Positions 37,285 through 49,849 of a stretch of 64,000 bases of DNA are shown in pieces. The DNA lies in the NCBI GenBank assembly GCA_000165345.1, contig CM000436.1, forward strand, positions 192,001 through 256,000, written 5' to 3'. The notes under the pieces are model-generated. The model had not been told where the DNA came from and ran no database searches. It saw only the letters and a program-made list of their open reading frames with translations. Position 1 is the first letter of the stretch, and every line of letters starts with the position of its first letter. The position numbers and the translations under genes are program-made.

Positions 37285-38218
37285 TAATTGAGGATTATCT
37301 ATATTTAGTGCTAGGATGTTTGTCTGAATAGGGAGTTTAAATTGGAAATAGGGAGTAAAGGTGAACATTGCACCAACAAGTATTGAAGCAAATTACTAGG
37401 GAAATACAACTTAGAAAGGAGAAGTGAAATCCTAAATAGTGTGAGTGATTTACAGATTTCTTAAGTTATAATTATTTAAAGAAAAAACAAGGGGGTAGGA
37501 ACAAAAATTAAAGTCTTATAGTATACCACTCCTATCATTATCTTAAATACCACAAATCAACTGTTGGCTTTGAATGGAAATTTTTCGGTTTCACTGGTAA
37601 GCCTACTTTATTTCACTGTTGCAAAAGCAGCATATAGTAATATTAGTGCTAAGATTATTAAATACTAGAATTTGTGTTTAATATGAACACATTTCCTTCA
37701 TCTTGAAATTTAGTATAAATCATCAAAGTATGTGGTTTTTAATATCTCTTTTTCTGATGTTCCTTATTTTGGCGTAGTGGAATCAAACTTAAGGATAATT
37801 ACGTGGAAATTAGAGCACATTACTTTGAGGGCTTTTATTAGCTCATAGAAAATTTTGGAGCGGGAAAATTTAATTATTTAATGCAGGTTTTTCATCAGTC
37901 TTGAAACAGAGTGAATCTGAAATCAGAACGATAATTCCGTTATCTTAATTTCCCATTCTGTTCTATTATTTAAATTTGAGCAGAATACAGTACACTAATG
38001 TATACATGAAATAAAATACGCGATATTTATGGAAAAGTATGTCGGTAGAATAAAATTGGCATCAAAACTTTGTATTTGAGTTATTTTCACGCATTACATA
38101 ATACTTGATAAATTAATCATCCAAATATAATTAGTTAATGCTTATTTTCTCGTAAAAAATGTTTCTTTCAACTACTTTTGTTCCTTTTTTTTTTCTGCTC
38201 ATTAATTAAAATTCCCAA

Positions 38219-38346
38219 GTTTACCGCCAATACCTGTGCTTATTAATTTGCATGCAAATAATTTGTAATAGTGGGCCCAATCGGACTTTTGCCGCCCAAA
38301 GAGGGTCGGCACACACTGGCCCGCCCATGGAGAAAATGCATTTCTG
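38219..38346. promoter_or_regulatory. GC-rich promoter-like island: ccgccaat ... ttGCATGCaaat ... gggCCCAATcgg ... gCCGCCCaaagagggtcggcacacactgGCCCGCCCatgg. A polypurine (GA-rich) tract of about 100 nt follows at 38340-38450.
   Basis: Seen in the sequence. CAAT-like, GCATGC and G-box (GGGCGGG) words are packed into 130 bp, about 320 bp upstream of the 38664 gene. Confidence 0.45.
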
Positions 38347-38663
38347 TTAAGGTATGAAGTGAGAAGGAAGTAGCAAGAAGAATAGGAATAAGGAAAATAT
38401 AGAGGTTAAAAAGGGGGAAAGAAGAGAAAGAAGGAGTAGGATATTGGACAATATCTAGACTATTATAATAACTTTTTGATTTTTTGAGCATAAACAAAAA
38501 ATATAGAAATTACAATCATTGGTTTAAAAAATAATTAAGAGAGATATTAATAGTTTGGAGGGAAGGAAGAATAGAAATTAGAAGGTTGAAATAAGAAGAG
38601 TTGTAAAATTATTATTGAACAGCTTAAAGTATTTGCCAGTGTTATGAGTATTTTATAGGGAAA

Positions 38664-39776
38664 ATGCCGATAATGAAAAACAGAGATGCTGCTTTTAATT
38701 ACGGATGCTTGATGGCAGAATTAAAGGAGAAGATGGTTTTATTTAGGAATAGGTTAAATAAGGGAGAGGAAGAAAATCAGGAAAGTTTCTTAAAAAATAA
38801 CTCTCAAGATGAGTCAAAAATAGGTAGGGACTCCTTAATTTCAGAAAATGAGCTAGATTTTTCTCTTAATATTGAATCTAGTTCAAAGAATACGTTAGTT
38901 TCAGATAGGATTATTCAAGAAGATAATACGGAAATTATAGTTGAATCAGGCATTGAGAATGTGGATGAATGCAGAATAGGACTATCAAATGATTCCAAAG
39001 TATTTCCATATCCGATATGTTTCGTTTCTAAATCACTTCCAACTCCTCCAAAAGACTACAACTTAAGAAAAACAGGAATTGATTTGAATAAGAATAGATG
39101 CTTTCAGGGAGAGGATATTGAATGCAACAGAGTATCTAAAAAGTTAATGTTTTTAGTAGAGAAGGAGAAGAACGGAGGTAAGGAGGAATGGTGGAAATTT
39201 AGAAGGGAAAATGATAATGATGATAACTATAATTTGTTGCAAAGCCAAAATTTAGGTGAGGCTATTGATACAGAAAAGAGTTTTCCTAATAATAATATTA
39301 CTAACAAATTGATGCAAGATGACAGCAAAAATAGGAAAGCTAATCAAGGAGAGCTAAGTTTAACTCAAAATATTATCTCTTCTCAATCAGATACAAACAT
39401 TACTGCTCAAAAAGGAGAAGTAATTGACAAAAATAGATTACTTAAAAATAGTCAATCTATAGAGAATATTAGAGGTTTTGAAGAAAATATACCTTCAAAA
39501 ATGGAGAATCTCAAGCATATTCAAGCCTCATCTGTATCAGGTCTAAAAAAAGATAATATTGCAAGTGATAATGCCACCATAAAAAATAGCAGCGAATACA
39601 AAATCAACACAAATACTCAAATTATCTGCGATGTTAATAAAAATGGAAGTATTAGCAGAAAAGAAACTCAAATAAATCCTATATTTAAAAAGAAAAGCCA
39701 AATATTTCAACACAGAGGTAATATTATTACTACTAGATACTATAAAATGGCATCCCAACTTAGAGTAATAAGTTAA
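38664..39776 (+). CDS. Hypothetical low-complexity protein (370 aa).
   Basis: Complete ORF that is N/S/K/E-rich. I recognise no domain. Confidence 0.5.
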   Translation: MPIMKNRDAAFNYGCLMAELKEKMVLFRNRLNKGEEENQESFLKNNSQDESKIGRDSLISENELDFSLNIESSSKNTLVSDRIIQEDNTEIIVESGIENVDECRIGLSNDSKVFPYPICFVSKSLPTPPKDYNLRKTGIDLNKNRCFQGEDIECNRVSKKLMFLVEKEKNGGKEEWWKFRRENDNDDNYNLLQSQNLGEAIDTEKSFPNNNITNKLMQDDSKNRKANQGELSLTQNIISSQSDTNITAQKGEVIDKNRLLKNSQSIENIRGFEENIPSKMENLKHIQASSVSGLKKDNIASDNATIKNSSEYKINTNTQIICDVNKNGSISRKETQINPIFKKKSQIFQHRGNIITTRYYKMASQLRVIS

Positions 39777-39838
39777 TATAATATATATATTTATAATTAA
39801 ATATTAATGAATAACTTGATATATATTTATATATAAAA

Positions 39839-39863
39839 ACACGTTTTGGCGCCAAGTATACCA
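39839..39863. promoter_or_regulatory. E2F-like palindrome aaCACGTTTTGGCGCCAAgtatacc.
   Basis: Seen in the sequence, about 55 bp upstream of the NSRP1-like gene. Confidence 0.55.
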
Positions 39864-39911
39864 AGTTATAATATATAAACTTTGCAAGGCTTGAATGTGA
39901 GAAGTTTTTGA

Positions 39912-40712
39912 ATGAGCAAAGGAAAATTTTCTTTTAGTTTAGGAAAATCCAAAGAGAAGGGGCCAAAAAGTCTGGGAAATGTTTTTTTGGGGGAAAAAGT
40001 GTTTGAAAGCGAGAAAGATGAAAATAATAGTGCAGAAGACTTAGGCTCAAAAAACTCAGATAATTTTCAGAGTATTAGCACAAACTATGAATACAAAAAA
40101 TCTATTAAGTTTTATAATGAACATCCAGAGTTACTGAAGGACTTTGACAGGTCAAATAAGGTAAAAAGAATAGAAGCTGAGGATGAAGAAGAGAAAAAGG
40201 ATGAGCCAAAGAAAGCTTCTTTAGGTAAATCAAAGTATTTAAGCAGAATACAAGAGTATGTAGAGTTGAGAAATATTGAAAAACAAGAAATTCAAGAAGA
40301 AAAGATTCAAAAGGAAATAAAAGAAGAAGGAAACACTCAAGTATTTATTACTGATGCATATAAAGATGTTTTGGAAGAAAGAAAAAAACTCAAAAATTTA
40401 TTAACAAATAGGAAGTTATCAGAAGGTGAGGATCCTAGGATTAGTGGGCCCTCAAGTATTTTTGAAATGAGACTTTCCCCGTCAACGAATGAATTAAACA
40501 ATGAAGAAAGCGATAAACAAATTGCTTCAGGTAGTCCAAAAGAAGAATTGAATATATATAATGTTAATTCAACTAATAGTTCCACAACCAAAGACTATTA
40601 TGTTGTAAATGATGACGAAGTTTCAAAAACTAGCAAGGATTTGAAACTTATTAAAATACAACAAGCAAGAGAACGATATTTGCTTCGAAAACAAAATAAA
40701 AATTCAGCATAA
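39912..40712 (+). CDS. NSRP1/CCDC55-like nuclear speckle splicing regulatory protein (DUF2040), 266 aa.
   Basis: KYLSRIQEYVELRNIEKQEIQEEKIQKEIKEEGNTQVFITDAYKDVLEERKK aligns with the human NSRP1 core KYIHNLLKAVEIRKKEQEKRMEKKIQREREMEKGEFDDKEAFVTSAYKKKLQER. Confidence 0.6.
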   Translation: MSKGKFSFSLGKSKEKGPKSLGNVFLGEKVFESEKDENNSAEDLGSKNSDNFQSISTNYEYKKSIKFYNEHPELLKDFDRSNKVKRIEAEDEEEKKDEPKKASLGKSKYLSRIQEYVELRNIEKQEIQEEKIQKEIKEEGNTQVFITDAYKDVLEERKKLKNLLTNRKLSEGEDPRISGPSSIFEMRLSPSTNELNNEESDKQIASGSPKEELNIYNVNSTNSSTTKDYYVVNDDEVSKTSKDLKLIKIQQARERYLLRKQNKNSA

Positions 40713-40824
40713 TACGAAATTCACCCTAGCCAATGAGCAATGATTATACTATATTTGAATTGTTTTCAAATAGATTAGTTCCAATTAAATTTTTTTTCCT
40801 TCAATTTTTCTGTTTCCAATATTT

Positions 40825-40873
40825 GCATGTGCATGTAAACTATTTGGCGCCAGCGCCAGTTAACACCGGTATT
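40825..40873. promoter_or_regulatory. tGCATGtGCATGtaaactaTTTGGCGCCAGCGCCAgttaacACCGGTATtg.
   Basis: Seen in the sequence, upstream of the Rpt4 gene. Confidence 0.5.
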
Positions 40874-41306
40874 GAAATTTAATTATTAACGTAATGAAAA
40901 ATAAAAAGAGGAGCCAAAAAATAATTTAATTTGAATTAAAGAAAAAGCAAAAAAAAAAATTTTGATTAAGTGGGGAAAAATAAGCCACTTAAAATTACTT
41001 TACTTCGAGATAATTGTGAGAAGATTTCTTACTAGAGTTTGAGGTGGAGAGTTGTAACAGAAAGGATTCAAAGGAAAGGACCATTCAATTGCGTAATTCA
41101 ATAAAGGGGAGGTAGTCAGATCCTCTTTGGATTTGTAAATAATTGGAAAATAGGTGGAAACAAGTGATTACAGAACTTTTTAAGAGTAAATTCTGTGTGG
41201 AGAGAGATAGAATATAGTTTTCATAAATAAGTATATTTATACTCTGTTAAAAAGATATTAAATAGTAGAACTTGGATATTCAAAGGCGGATGCAGAACAG
41301 ACAAAG

Positions 41307-42482
41307 ATGAGTGGGGAAGATGAACATAAGAATACTTTAGCAACTTACGCTCAAAAAGTTAAAGAGCATAGGGAACTGGAAGTTAGCTTGAAAAAGAAGA
41401 GAATGGAGATTAGGGAGCTAAGCAAAGTATATGATAAGACAGAGGATGATTTGAAGGCATTGCAGAGTGTGGGCCAGATAATAGGCGAAGTATTGAGACA
41501 TTTGGATGATGAAAAGTGTATAGTAAAGGCTTCAACAGGACCTAGATATGTTGTAGGATGTAGATCAAAGCTTGATAAAAGCAAATTAACATCTGGAACT
41601 AGAGTTGCTTTAGATGCAACTACTTTGACCATAATGAGAAGACTTCCAAGAGAAGTTGATCCAATGGTTTACAATATGCTTCACGAAGATCCTGGAAGCG
41701 TAAGCTACTCTCAAGTAGGAGGATTGAATGAGCAGATTAGGGAGATAAGAGAAGTTATTGAGCTTCCTTTGACTAATCCTGAGCTATTTAAAAGAGTCGG
41801 AATCAAGACTCCTAAGGGAGTACTTTTGTATGGGCCCCCAGGAACTGGCAAAACTCTTTTGGCTAGGGCTATGGCTTCATCCATGAATTGTAACTTTATG
41901 AAGGTTGTTGCATCAGCAATAGTAGACAAATACATTGGAGAAAGTGCGAGAGTTATAAGGGAAATGTTTGGTTATGCTAAGGATCACCAACCATGCGTTA
42001 TATTTATGGATGAGATTGACGCTATAGGCGGAAAGAGATTCTCCCAAGGTACTTCTGCTGATCGTGAGATTCAGAGAACCTTGATGGAATTATTAAACCA
42101 ACTGGATGGTTTTGACGAACTTGGGGCTGTCAAAATAATTATGGCTACAAATAGACCTGATGTGTTAGATCCAGCTCTATTAAGACCTGGAAGACTTGAC
42201 AGAAAGGTTGAAATTCCTCTTCCAAATGAAACCTCAAGAGTTGAAATCCTCAAGATTCATTCCTCTAAGTTAGCTAAACAAGGAGAAATAGACTTTGATG
42301 CTATTTGCAAGCTTTGTGATGGCTTTAACGGAGCAGATATGAGAAATGTTTGTTCAGAAGCAGGAATGTTTGCAATTAGAGCTGAAAGAGACTACATTAT
42401 TGAAGAAGATTTTCTCAAAGCAGTGAGGAAATTGGCTGAAAATAAGAAGATGGAAGGGAATTTGGACTACGAAAAGGTTTAA
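41307..42482 (+). CDS. RPT4: 26S proteasome regulatory subunit Rpt4 (PSMC6/S10b), an AAA ATPase of 391 aa.
   Basis: The sequence is near-colinear with human PSMC6: [80 protein letters not shown] and [21 protein letters not shown]. Confidence 0.95.
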   Translation: MSGEDEHKNTLATYAQKVKEHRELEVSLKKKRMEIRELSKVYDKTEDDLKALQSVGQIIGEVLRHLDDEKCIVKASTGPRYVVGCRSKLDKSKLTSGTRVALDATTLTIMRRLPREVDPMVYNMLHEDPGSVSYSQVGGLNEQIREIREVIELPLTNPELFKRVGIKTPKGVLLYGPPGTGKTLLARAMASSMNCNFMKVVASAIVDKYIGESARVIREMFGYAKDHQPCVIFMDEIDAIGGKRFSQGTSADREIQRTLMELLNQLDGFDELGAVKIIMATNRPDVLDPALLRPGRLDRKVEIPLPNETSRVEILKIHSSKLAKQGEIDFDAICKLCDGFNGADMRNVCSEAGMFAIRAERDYIIEEDFLKAVRKLAENKKMEGNLDYEKV

Positions 42483-42581
42483 AAAGTAGATTAGATAACA
42501 ATTTTAGTCATTTTATTTTATTTAAATTTATTATCTAACATTTGTAACTTCGTTCGATTTCTCCAAATTTAAATCTAATAA

Positions 42582-43922
42582 CTAGCTAGACTCAGACTTC
42601 CAAATCTTCTTGCTAATTAAGAATTGAAAGTTTAAAACCAAAGTAAATATGGAGAGAGTAAGTTGGATAATTACTAAAACTGTAATCATATAAAAATTTG
42701 GGCGGGTAAAACATGCATTTTTAAAAGCCAAATAGTCTTGTGTGGGTAAACTATATAAATTTGGAGCAATTGAATCAACATTGCAAAATAACTTTAGGAG
42801 ATGATTTCCAAACCAAACAAGCGAGCAGGACCATGAGAATACAAATGTTGAGTAGAACTTTACTATTAAGGAGATTAAAATAAGCATTTTACTGCAGGAT
42901 AAGGAGGCAATGTAGCCAAGAATACCAACTAATATAGCAATTAAGCCGGAATGGGTAGCAGCGGCAAGTACGGTTCTATAGTAATAGTCTACTTGTGATT
43001 TTAGGTCTATGTTGCTTTCTGCTGAACTAGAATATCTGAATTTGAAAAAATAAAGAATTAATGAAGCAACAAGAGCAGCGTTTCCTATATATGCAATAGA
43101 GTAATCAAGAATTCCAAGTCTTTGAGATTGAATGAAGTTCCCAAGATATTGTCTTCTAACTACAAAGAGTTCCATAACAAAGTTAGTTGAGAGGTAAACT
43201 GAGTAGTAAATGATAATGAAATAAAGCTTATTTAGAGCAAAATTTGAAGTTTCAATAATGAGGGTAGATTCTCGAAGTACCATAATCTCCTCTAAATTGG
43301 ATCTACAATTTACCATAAGCTTTACCATGGCTGTAATTATGATTGGTAAAGAAATAAATGGAGATTGCCAAATAAAAACTTGATCAATAAATAACTTGGA
43401 TTTGAATATGTTAATCCATCTTACTATGATTCCTTGTTTAAATAATATAAAAAGTATCCCAAAAATACAATTAATAATTAGCTGAGTTGCCATTACTGTA
43501 GTTGTTATAATGGTCATAATATTTGCTTGTTTTACATAATTAGCAGTTTTTTCAAAACCATTTTTATTTTTTAAGAACTTTTCTAATTCATATTCCTGGT
43601 AAGTAATGTATATTCCAAGAATTATTGAAGAGATTAATAGTAAATACTCTGCAAATAGAAAAATAGCCTCTTTTTTATCAGTATACTGTCGGATAAACTC
43701 CAAACTAGAAACACTGCTTTTTGCAGAATTTAAACTTCCAATATTCAATGCAACAAGGTGGCAATCTTCTTTCAAGTTTACTTGGACAGTTGGTTCTGAG
43801 TCATTTTCTGTAAAGTTTTCAATTTTTTCATCAACCTCTTTTAATATAGGTTGTTTAACTAACACATTTTCCAACTCAATCTCACCTTCCTTAATTGATT
43901 TTTGATTTTCCAAAGAATTCAT
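42582..43922 (-). CDS. Polytopic membrane protein (446 aa) with a cytosolic N-terminus of about 95 aa followed by 8-10 predicted TM helices; hypothetical.
   Basis: Multiple hydrophobic segments of 20+ aa. I recognise no family. Confidence 0.6.
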   Translation of the reverse strand: MNSLENQKSIKEGEIELENVLVKQPILKEVDEKIENFTENDSEPTVQVNLKEDCHLVALNIGSLNSAKSSVSSLEFIRQYTDKKEAIFLFAEYLLLISSIILGIYITYQEYELEKFLKNKNGFEKTANYVKQANIMTIITTTVMATQLIINCIFGILFILFKQGIIVRWINIFKSKLFIDQVFIWQSPFISLPIIITAMVKLMVNCRSNLEEIMVLRESTLIIETSNFALNKLYFIIIYYSVYLSTNFVMELFVVRRQYLGNFIQSQRLGILDYSIAYIGNAALVASLILYFFKFRYSSSAESNIDLKSQVDYYYRTVLAAATHSGLIAILVGILGYIASLSCSKMLILISLIVKFYSTFVFSWSCSLVWFGNHLLKLFCNVDSIAPNLYSLPTQDYLAFKNACFTRPNFYMITVLVIIQLTLSIFTLVLNFQFLISKKIWKSESS

Positions 43923-44206
43923 TGATAAGTCTTTTTAATTAATCAAGTTTTATTTGCAAATAATATGTCACAATATATAGGTTAATTAAAGTAATAAGTT
44001 ATTCTTAATGTGTATTCAAAAAATTTTTCTTTGAGCCTTAAAACACTTCTTGAAAAAAAATCACGTCCTCTTATAATAATCTTTAACTATTATTCATCAA
44101 TTATATACTTTAAATATTCGTTCATATTCAAAATAAAACCACTTTTCAATTAAAATAAGCCATTTTTTTTCTTTAATTTGATGTAAGAATTATTTATTAA
44201 TATATT

Positions 44207-44334
44207 TTTTACCGCCAAAACACGTCATTTACGGTATATAAAAGGCAAATATATTTATTTTCTCGCCACGTGTATAATTAACCGTCAAAAAAATATTTGA
44301 AATGATTTGCATGCATACATGCATACATGCGAAC
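44207..44334. promoter_or_regulatory. Promoter word cluster ttttaCCGCCAAAACACGTcatttACGGTATATAAAagg ... tctcgCCACGTGTAtaat ... gatttGCATGCATACATGCATACATGCgaac.
   Basis: Seen in the sequence, upstream of the polytopic membrane protein gene (-). It contains a TATAAA-like box. Confidence 0.5.
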
Positions 44335-44496
44335 AGTTTTATTATTAAACACTTTATGTGGAAAGATTAAACATTTATATTTAATTTATTTAAAAAGAGA
44401 TGAAAAAAGAAATAATGGGAATTGAATAGAGAATTATAAGATAAATAATAAATATTACAGTATGAGTAAGTTCTGAAGAAAATGTTTAAATGGTTA

Positions 44497-47400
44497 TTAG
44501 AGGATTCCAATAACCCTAAGACCAATTTCACCAGTTTTGCAATTAGGACAAATTTCTCCAGTAAATTGTGAAAGGTGATTACTAGAGCAAACTGGGCATT
44601 TGACAAAATCTTGAGATTTTGGATTAATTTTTGTAAGAGATGACGAACAAATAATGATGTGGTCAATATCTCTGTGTGGGTCGAAGTTAATATTATGTTC
44701 GTCTGTGGCTTTTTGGTCACATGCTGCGAGAATTTTCTGTGTCTTTTCGACGTCTTCAATATTTGGAATACCCAAGAGCCTTTTAGCAAAGCTTGCTGTT
44801 GTTATATAGTTCTTATGTTTCCATGCAATACCCATTGCTCTTCTAAGGACTAAAGAGGTGTGTAATGGCTGAAGTTTGCAACATGAAAAGTATGAAATCA
44901 GTTCTAAATTCCGGATTACAATTTCTGCCTGATTTTGGTCTTGACAGTTATTTAAAAGATCAATTCTAGCAAGTTCAAGCCTCATTCCAATGCAATACTG
45001 ACATATTAATTCTGAAAGTTGTTTGAGTTGGTCAATGTTTTGCGAATAGAGAGAGTAATGTTCCACAACCAAGGGAGCAATGATTATTGCTTGTTGAAAA
45101 ACTTCCAATGCTGATTGGAACTTTCCTGAAGTTACCAGCTTCTGTCCAGTTTTCACTAACTCTATCAAATTGGATTCGTTGAATAAGATTATTGGGGAAA
45201 TATGTCCATTTGGAGAATTCTCATTAAAGAGTTTGTACCCTTCTGAAATTAAGGGTAGATTAATGCTAGGTCCTTCAGAGAAGCTTGGCAAGCTATAAGT
45301 AGAACTGAGAGCAATCATCTTGAAGATTTGTTTGAAAGGCTGACAATCTTTAACTCCCATCTTCCTTAAAAGAATTGTGAGCGCATCTTCGTATTTTCCT
45401 GCCACTATCAAATTAATGATAGAGTATCTGGGAGACGTTGCTGGAGCATTTTCTGGAGCATATAATATTCTGTCTTGGAATGAAGGACCTGGGTTCATCT
45501 TTGATAACCCATTTGACTCAGGAGCCTCATTTGTATACAAATTTTGGCCTCCGATTCCCTCAAAAATGTGGTCTTCGTTCAGTTTTATATCATTTGGGAC
45601 ATCAATATTATCAATATCATCCCATTCTGGCTGGGATGACGAGCCAAATCCAGTACCTCCATTTATCGAAGATGCATCTATCTGACTTAAGCTCTTACCT
45701 CCGACGCTTTTAAAATCATTTTGATCGGATGCTCTAATATTTTCTGATGATATCTCTGAGATATTAATTCTTGGCCAGTTAAGTCCCTCAATGGTGAGTT
45801 TTTTTGCTGCCAGAATTGGAATACAAGGAGCTGTCATGCAAGACTTGGAGGATTCATTGCAGACTTGATCTGAAGGTTTACTAGCTTTAAGAATATTCAG
45901 GAACTCAAAAGCATCAGCACCATCCACACTATAAGCTTCAGTATACTGTGAAAGGAGCTCTTCTTTTACCTGATTGTATCCATATGTATGAGCTAAAGCA
46001 ATTGCAAGAGGAATTTGACCGAAACTTTTTAAAATGTTAATTCTCTCTGGAATATCGTTCATAAGAAGGGCAATATGGTATTTTCTTGTCCAATTCTTTT
46101 GCTTCTCGGATATTTTACCTAACTTCTCCATATATTCTCTCTGGCCAATTACATAATAAAGTAAGATCAGTTTCTCAAACTCTTTAGTAACTTGAAGACA
46201 TTTTTCAGCGACGTTAATAAATCCATGTAAAAGAGCACTTCTTCCAAGGCAGTCCCACATTGTTTCCAATGTTGTTGAGTTCAAAATGGGAAGAATAGTC
46301 TTATGGTTACTATTTCCTTTAAAATAGGAATTTGAACTTGAGTTTTCCTTTTCAGCTTCCAAATTCTGCAAATCCTTTACTATATTGTAAGCTTGCATAA
46401 TTTCACCAAATTGAACAGCATAATAAAACTTCAAAATTGGGTTCTCCACTAATTGGATTGCTACTTCTGGATATCCATGTTGTGTAAGGTAATTCAATGT
46501 TGAAAGTCCTTTCAAATTCCCATCCTTGGTATATCTTAATACTTTTCCGCTTTCTTGGTTTATAATGGAAAGTTTAAATAATGCCTCATTCAAATTCAGT
46601 TTTTCAATTATTTGGACGCTACCAAACCTGTTTAAAGTAATTAATTCCTTCCTTGAGTCTTCATAATGTTTAATATAAAGAGTATCAGGGATTGTTTGAA
46701 TTATTCCTGATTCATTGATATTTGGAATTGCATATTTAATATGACCTTGGGTAGTATATATAAAGATTGGAAGAGTTTCATGCCAAATTCCGGACTTTAC
46801 TGTAAGATTTTCGGTATAAGTTGCAATTACTTGAAGCTCACTATTAGTGAAAATGATATTATACTTGCATACGATTGCAATCACAGACTTATCTTGGCTC
46901 CATTGAATTGTTCTGACTCCAGTGGAGGAACCTCCTGTTTCATTACAAATTGTATTAAATGTCAGACATTGTTGAAAGTTTTGCCCAATCTTATTATTAA
47001 TGACAGCAACCTGGTGGTTTTGAAGATTAGAAATGACAAGCTCTGCTACTACTTCTCTCTGTGAGATGTCATATATATAAAGAAAATCATCTGACTGTAT
47101 TATGATTTGCTGTTGGTTACTTCCCATGAAGAGCTTTTGAGCAATCCAAGGAAGCTCCCATCTCTTGAGAATATCTCCATCTAAAGATATTATGGAAATA
47201 GTTTGTCCAGAATTTTCAAGGGCTGCTAGTCTATTTCTTGAAAGAAAGATCACAGAAGTAACACCTGGAAGTCCACTCTTGCATTTTGAGCTACTGGAGG
47301 AGCTATTTTGCCCAGAACTATTATTAATCAGTTGTGAGAGAGAGTTGATTGTGATAATATCATAAGTGAATTGTAAAGCATTTGAATTTGTTGATGTTAT

Positions 47401-48645
47401 ACCATTATTTGAAGAGCTGCTACTATTCAATCCATTGAATGCATCTCTCTTATAGTAAACTAGAAAGCATAGCTCATTTGGACTGAATGGATTAATATAA
47501 AAGTTACTAGGACATAGCATATTGCTGGATATATTATTGCTTTTCATGGGAAGAATTGAATGAACATTCTTACTTTTAACATCATACATGTAAAGAAATC
47601 TATCATTAATGTACCAAAGTTGATTCATTGAAGAGCAGAAATCTGAAGGAAGTCTTTCAGGTTCTAGTTTGAAAATAATCATACCAGAATCATGTCCAGC
47701 AGCAAAAAGACTATTAGTTGGATGACTGACTATTGTCCAAAATCGATCAGAATCTCTTCTATAAGTGTGAATACAAGCTCTTTTTGTAAGATCCCAGATT
47801 CTAATAGTTCTATCTTCACTATTAGATAATAGCCAATCCTTGTTTGAGTGGAAAATAACAGAAGAAACGTTGTTAAAATGTCCTCTTAAAGTATCAATTT
47901 CCCATGCTTTAGTATCATTGTATCTCCAAAGCTTAATCGTTCGATCATCTGAAGCTGAAGCTAATAGTGAAAGAGTTGGATGGAATGCAACCCAATTAAC
48001 TCCTCTTTCATGACCTTCAAGAACAAATTTGCAAAGTACATCATTAGCTCCAAACATATCAACATGAGCAGGCATAGTATGAGAAGCTCCAATAGATGTA
48101 GAATAACTGGAATATGAGGAATGTCCTTTAACCGTCTTTTCTCTAAGCCCAGTAAAATCCCAAATTCTAACAGATTGATCCATACTTGCTGAAGCTAGGA
48201 TATCTTGATGAGGATGAAAAATGGAACACATTACATAGTGATTATGCCCTGTAATCACAGATATACAGGTTCTACTTTGCCAGTTCCAAAGTCTCATAGT
48301 TTGATCATCAGAGCAAGAAAGAATCCAAGGATATTCTTTATGAAATTCAACTGTTCTGATATAATCTAAATGTCCTAAGAGTGTAAATAGACATTTTCTT
48401 TCTTTGTAATTCCATACTTTAACTCTATAGTCATCTCCTCCTGAAACAAATATTGGTTGGCTTTCATGGAAATCAATTCCTCTGACAGGTCCTTCATGTT
48501 CTTCAAATGTATCCAGAAGGCTTCCAATTCTATAATCCCAAAATTGAATTACACCATTATGAAGGCTAACAAGAACCCAAGGTAGTTTTGGATGAAAGGA
48601 TAAACCCTTTGCTCGGGTACTTTTGCTCTCACACTTAATCAACAT
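44497..48645 (-). CDS. COPA: Coatomer subunit alpha (COPA), 1382 aa, with N-terminal WD40 propellers and low-complexity inserts.
   Basis: The N-terminus [81 protein letters not shown] matches the COPA N-terminus nearly residue for residue. Confidence 0.95.
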   Translation of the reverse strand: MLIKCESKSTRAKGLSFHPKLPWVLVSLHNGVIQFWDYRIGSLLDTFEEHEGPVRGIDFHESQPIFVSGGDDYRVKVWNYKERKCLFTLLGHLDYIRTVEFHKEYPWILSCSDDQTMRLWNWQSRTCISVITGHNHYVMCSIFHPHQDILASASMDQSVRIWDFTGLREKTVKGHSSYSSYSTSIGASHTMPAHVDMFGANDVLCKFVLEGHERGVNWVAFHPTLSLLASASDDRTIKLWRYNDTKAWEIDTLRGHFNNVSSVIFHSNKDWLLSNSEDRTIRIWDLTKRACIHTYRRDSDRFWTIVSHPTNSLFAAGHDSGMIIFKLEPERLPSDFCSSMNQLWYINDRFLYMYDVKSKNVHSILPMKSNNISSNMLCPSNFYINPFSPNELCFLVYYKRDAFNGLNSSSSSNNGITSTNSNALQFTYDIITINSLSQLINNSSGQNSSSSSSKCKSGLPGVTSVIFLSRNRLAALENSGQTISIISLDGDILKRWELPWIAQKLFMGSNQQQIIIQSDDFLYIYDISQREVVAELVISNLQNHQVAVINNKIGQNFQQCLTFNTICNETGGSSTGVRTIQWSQDKSVIAIVCKYNIIFTNSELQVIATYTENLTVKSGIWHETLPIFIYTTQGHIKYAIPNINESGIIQTIPDTLYIKHYEDSRKELITLNRFGSVQIIEKLNLNEALFKLSIINQESGKVLRYTKDGNLKGLSTLNYLTQHGYPEVAIQLVENPILKFYYAVQFGEIMQAYNIVKDLQNLEAEKENSSSNSYFKGNSNHKTILPILNSTTLETMWDCLGRSALLHGFINVAEKCLQVTKEFEKLILLYYVIGQREYMEKLGKISEKQKNWTRKYHIALLMNDIPERINILKSFGQIPLAIALAHTYGYNQVKEELLSQYTEAYSVDGADAFEFLNILKASKPSDQVCNESSKSCMTAPCIPILAAKKLTIEGLNWPRINISEISSENIRASDQNDFKSVGGKSLSQIDASSINGGTGFGSSSQPEWDDIDNIDVPNDIKLNEDHIFEGIGGQNLYTNEAPESNGLSKMNPGPSFQDRILYAPENAPATSPRYSIINLIVAGKYEDALTILLRKMGVKDCQPFKQIFKMIALSSTYSLPSFSEGPSINLPLISEGYKLFNENSPNGHISPIILFNESNLIELVKTGQKLVTSGKFQSALEVFQQAIIIAPLVVEHYSLYSQNIDQLKQLSELICQYCIGMRLELARIDLLNNCQDQNQAEIVIRNLELISYFSCCKLQPLHTSLVLRRAMGIAWKHKNYITTASFAKRLLGIPNIEDVEKTQKILAACDQKATDEHNINFDPHRDIDHIIICSSSLTKINPKSQDFVKCPVCSSNHLSQFTGEICPNCKTGEIGLRVIGIL

Positions 48646-49181
48646 ATTCTTCCCACATATAAAATAGAAAATATTATTAAGAGAAGAACAAAGATTGAAA
48701 AGTTTTTAGTTAAGTTAATTAATAATTAATTATTGTTATTATTACTATTACCACTCTGGGAAAAGAAACTCTATACTGTATATTATTAAAAAATAAAAAA
48801 AGAAAAGAAGGTCCACTTTAAATGTATTATTAATTCCTCTCACTTTTAAATAAAATTAAATCAGCTTTTTCCTTAATGATAATAATTTTTAATTCCAAAA
48901 TTATTAAAGAAATCCTTTCAATAAGTCCAGTTCTTGTAGAATTTTCTGAGAATCACCAAATAGAAAACTACTAAGGATGGAGAAATTGTGTTGATTTTCC
49001 TTTTTTTTTTTAAAAAAAAAATTATCTCACTTTTTCTTTTTCCTTAATAAAATTATTTGAGAAAAGAAAGAGAATTTATCTAATTTCCTTTTTTCTTTCT
49101 TTTCTTTTTCTATTTTCCCTCAATTCTTTTAACTTTAACACATTGCAAGGAATATTCTCATTTTGAGGGGTATTACTGTGA

Positions 49182-49208
49182 GTTTGGCGCCTTTTGGCGG
49201 CAATTTGG
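49182..49208. promoter_or_regulatory. Tandem E2F-like sites gTTTGGCGCCTTTTGGCGGCaatttgg.
   Basis: Seen in the sequence, in the divergent promoter between COPA (-) and DNA polymerase alpha subunit B (+). Confidence 0.55.
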
Positions 49209-49591
49209 ATTCACAATAAAATTAATTTTGGAAAATGAATAATAGTAATTAGGTGAGAATTAAAAAAAAACGATTTAATAATAGTTGATAATATTATTTG
49301 GGTTAATTCGTACGGTTGTTATTATTATTCATTTAGAATATATAAATATATAGTATTATAAAAAAACTAGATTTATGAAAATGAACAGTAGATTTAACTT
49401 AAAGCAAGTGGGGAGGAACCTTTTGTAGGAAATAAAAGCCAAAATTAGATTATTATACCTTTAAAAAATTCACTGCATTAAAAAAAATTGTATACCAAAT
49501 TAATTTATTACGAAATTAGTACAGATTTATATTTAAACTTGACTTGTTTCAATACATTTTTATTTTCATAAATTAGTTTCATAATATTCAA

Positions 49592-49660
49592 CGGTATCTT
49601 TGCATGCAAAAATACCGGTATATATATATTATGTAAAAAATAAATAAATGCGCGGTAATG
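49592..49660. promoter_or_regulatory. aACGGTATctttGCATGCaaaaatACCGGTATATATATT ... aaatGCGCGgtaatg.
   Basis: Seen in the sequence, about 200 bp upstream of the Pol alpha B start. Confidence 0.45.
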
Positions 49661-49849
49661 TAATAAATTATTAACACTGTAAATGTGGGAAAGTTAAGTT
49701 TTTTTTTTTCTTTTTTAAATATAATTTGAATTTAATAAGATATTCAAGTATACAAATTAATAGGGCAAGTTTATTAGGATTATCGTTATTCTTTTTCATA
49801 TAGTTAAATTGTAAAGTAACCAAACTTTTGGGAAAGAGAGGGGGAAAAA

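Noticed and set aside
37540-37900. Possible small RNA (tRNA/snoRNA-like words such as gcgtagtggaatcaaac and tcatcag...ctga) in the ApiAP2 downstream region.
   Set aside because: I found no tRNA T-loop (GGTTCGAATCC-type) or acceptor-stem complementarity and no convincing C/D or H/ACA box arrangement, so it cannot be supported from sequence alone.
44367-44789. 140-aa minus-strand ORF overlapping the 3' end of COPA and the downstream spacer.
   Set aside because: It is an alternative-frame overlap with the well-supported COPA ORF and has low-complexity composition. The many other 60-110 aa ORFs antisense to or inside large genes (e.g. 6602..6838, 8398..8619, 22788..23099, 29003..29350) were rejected for the same reason.
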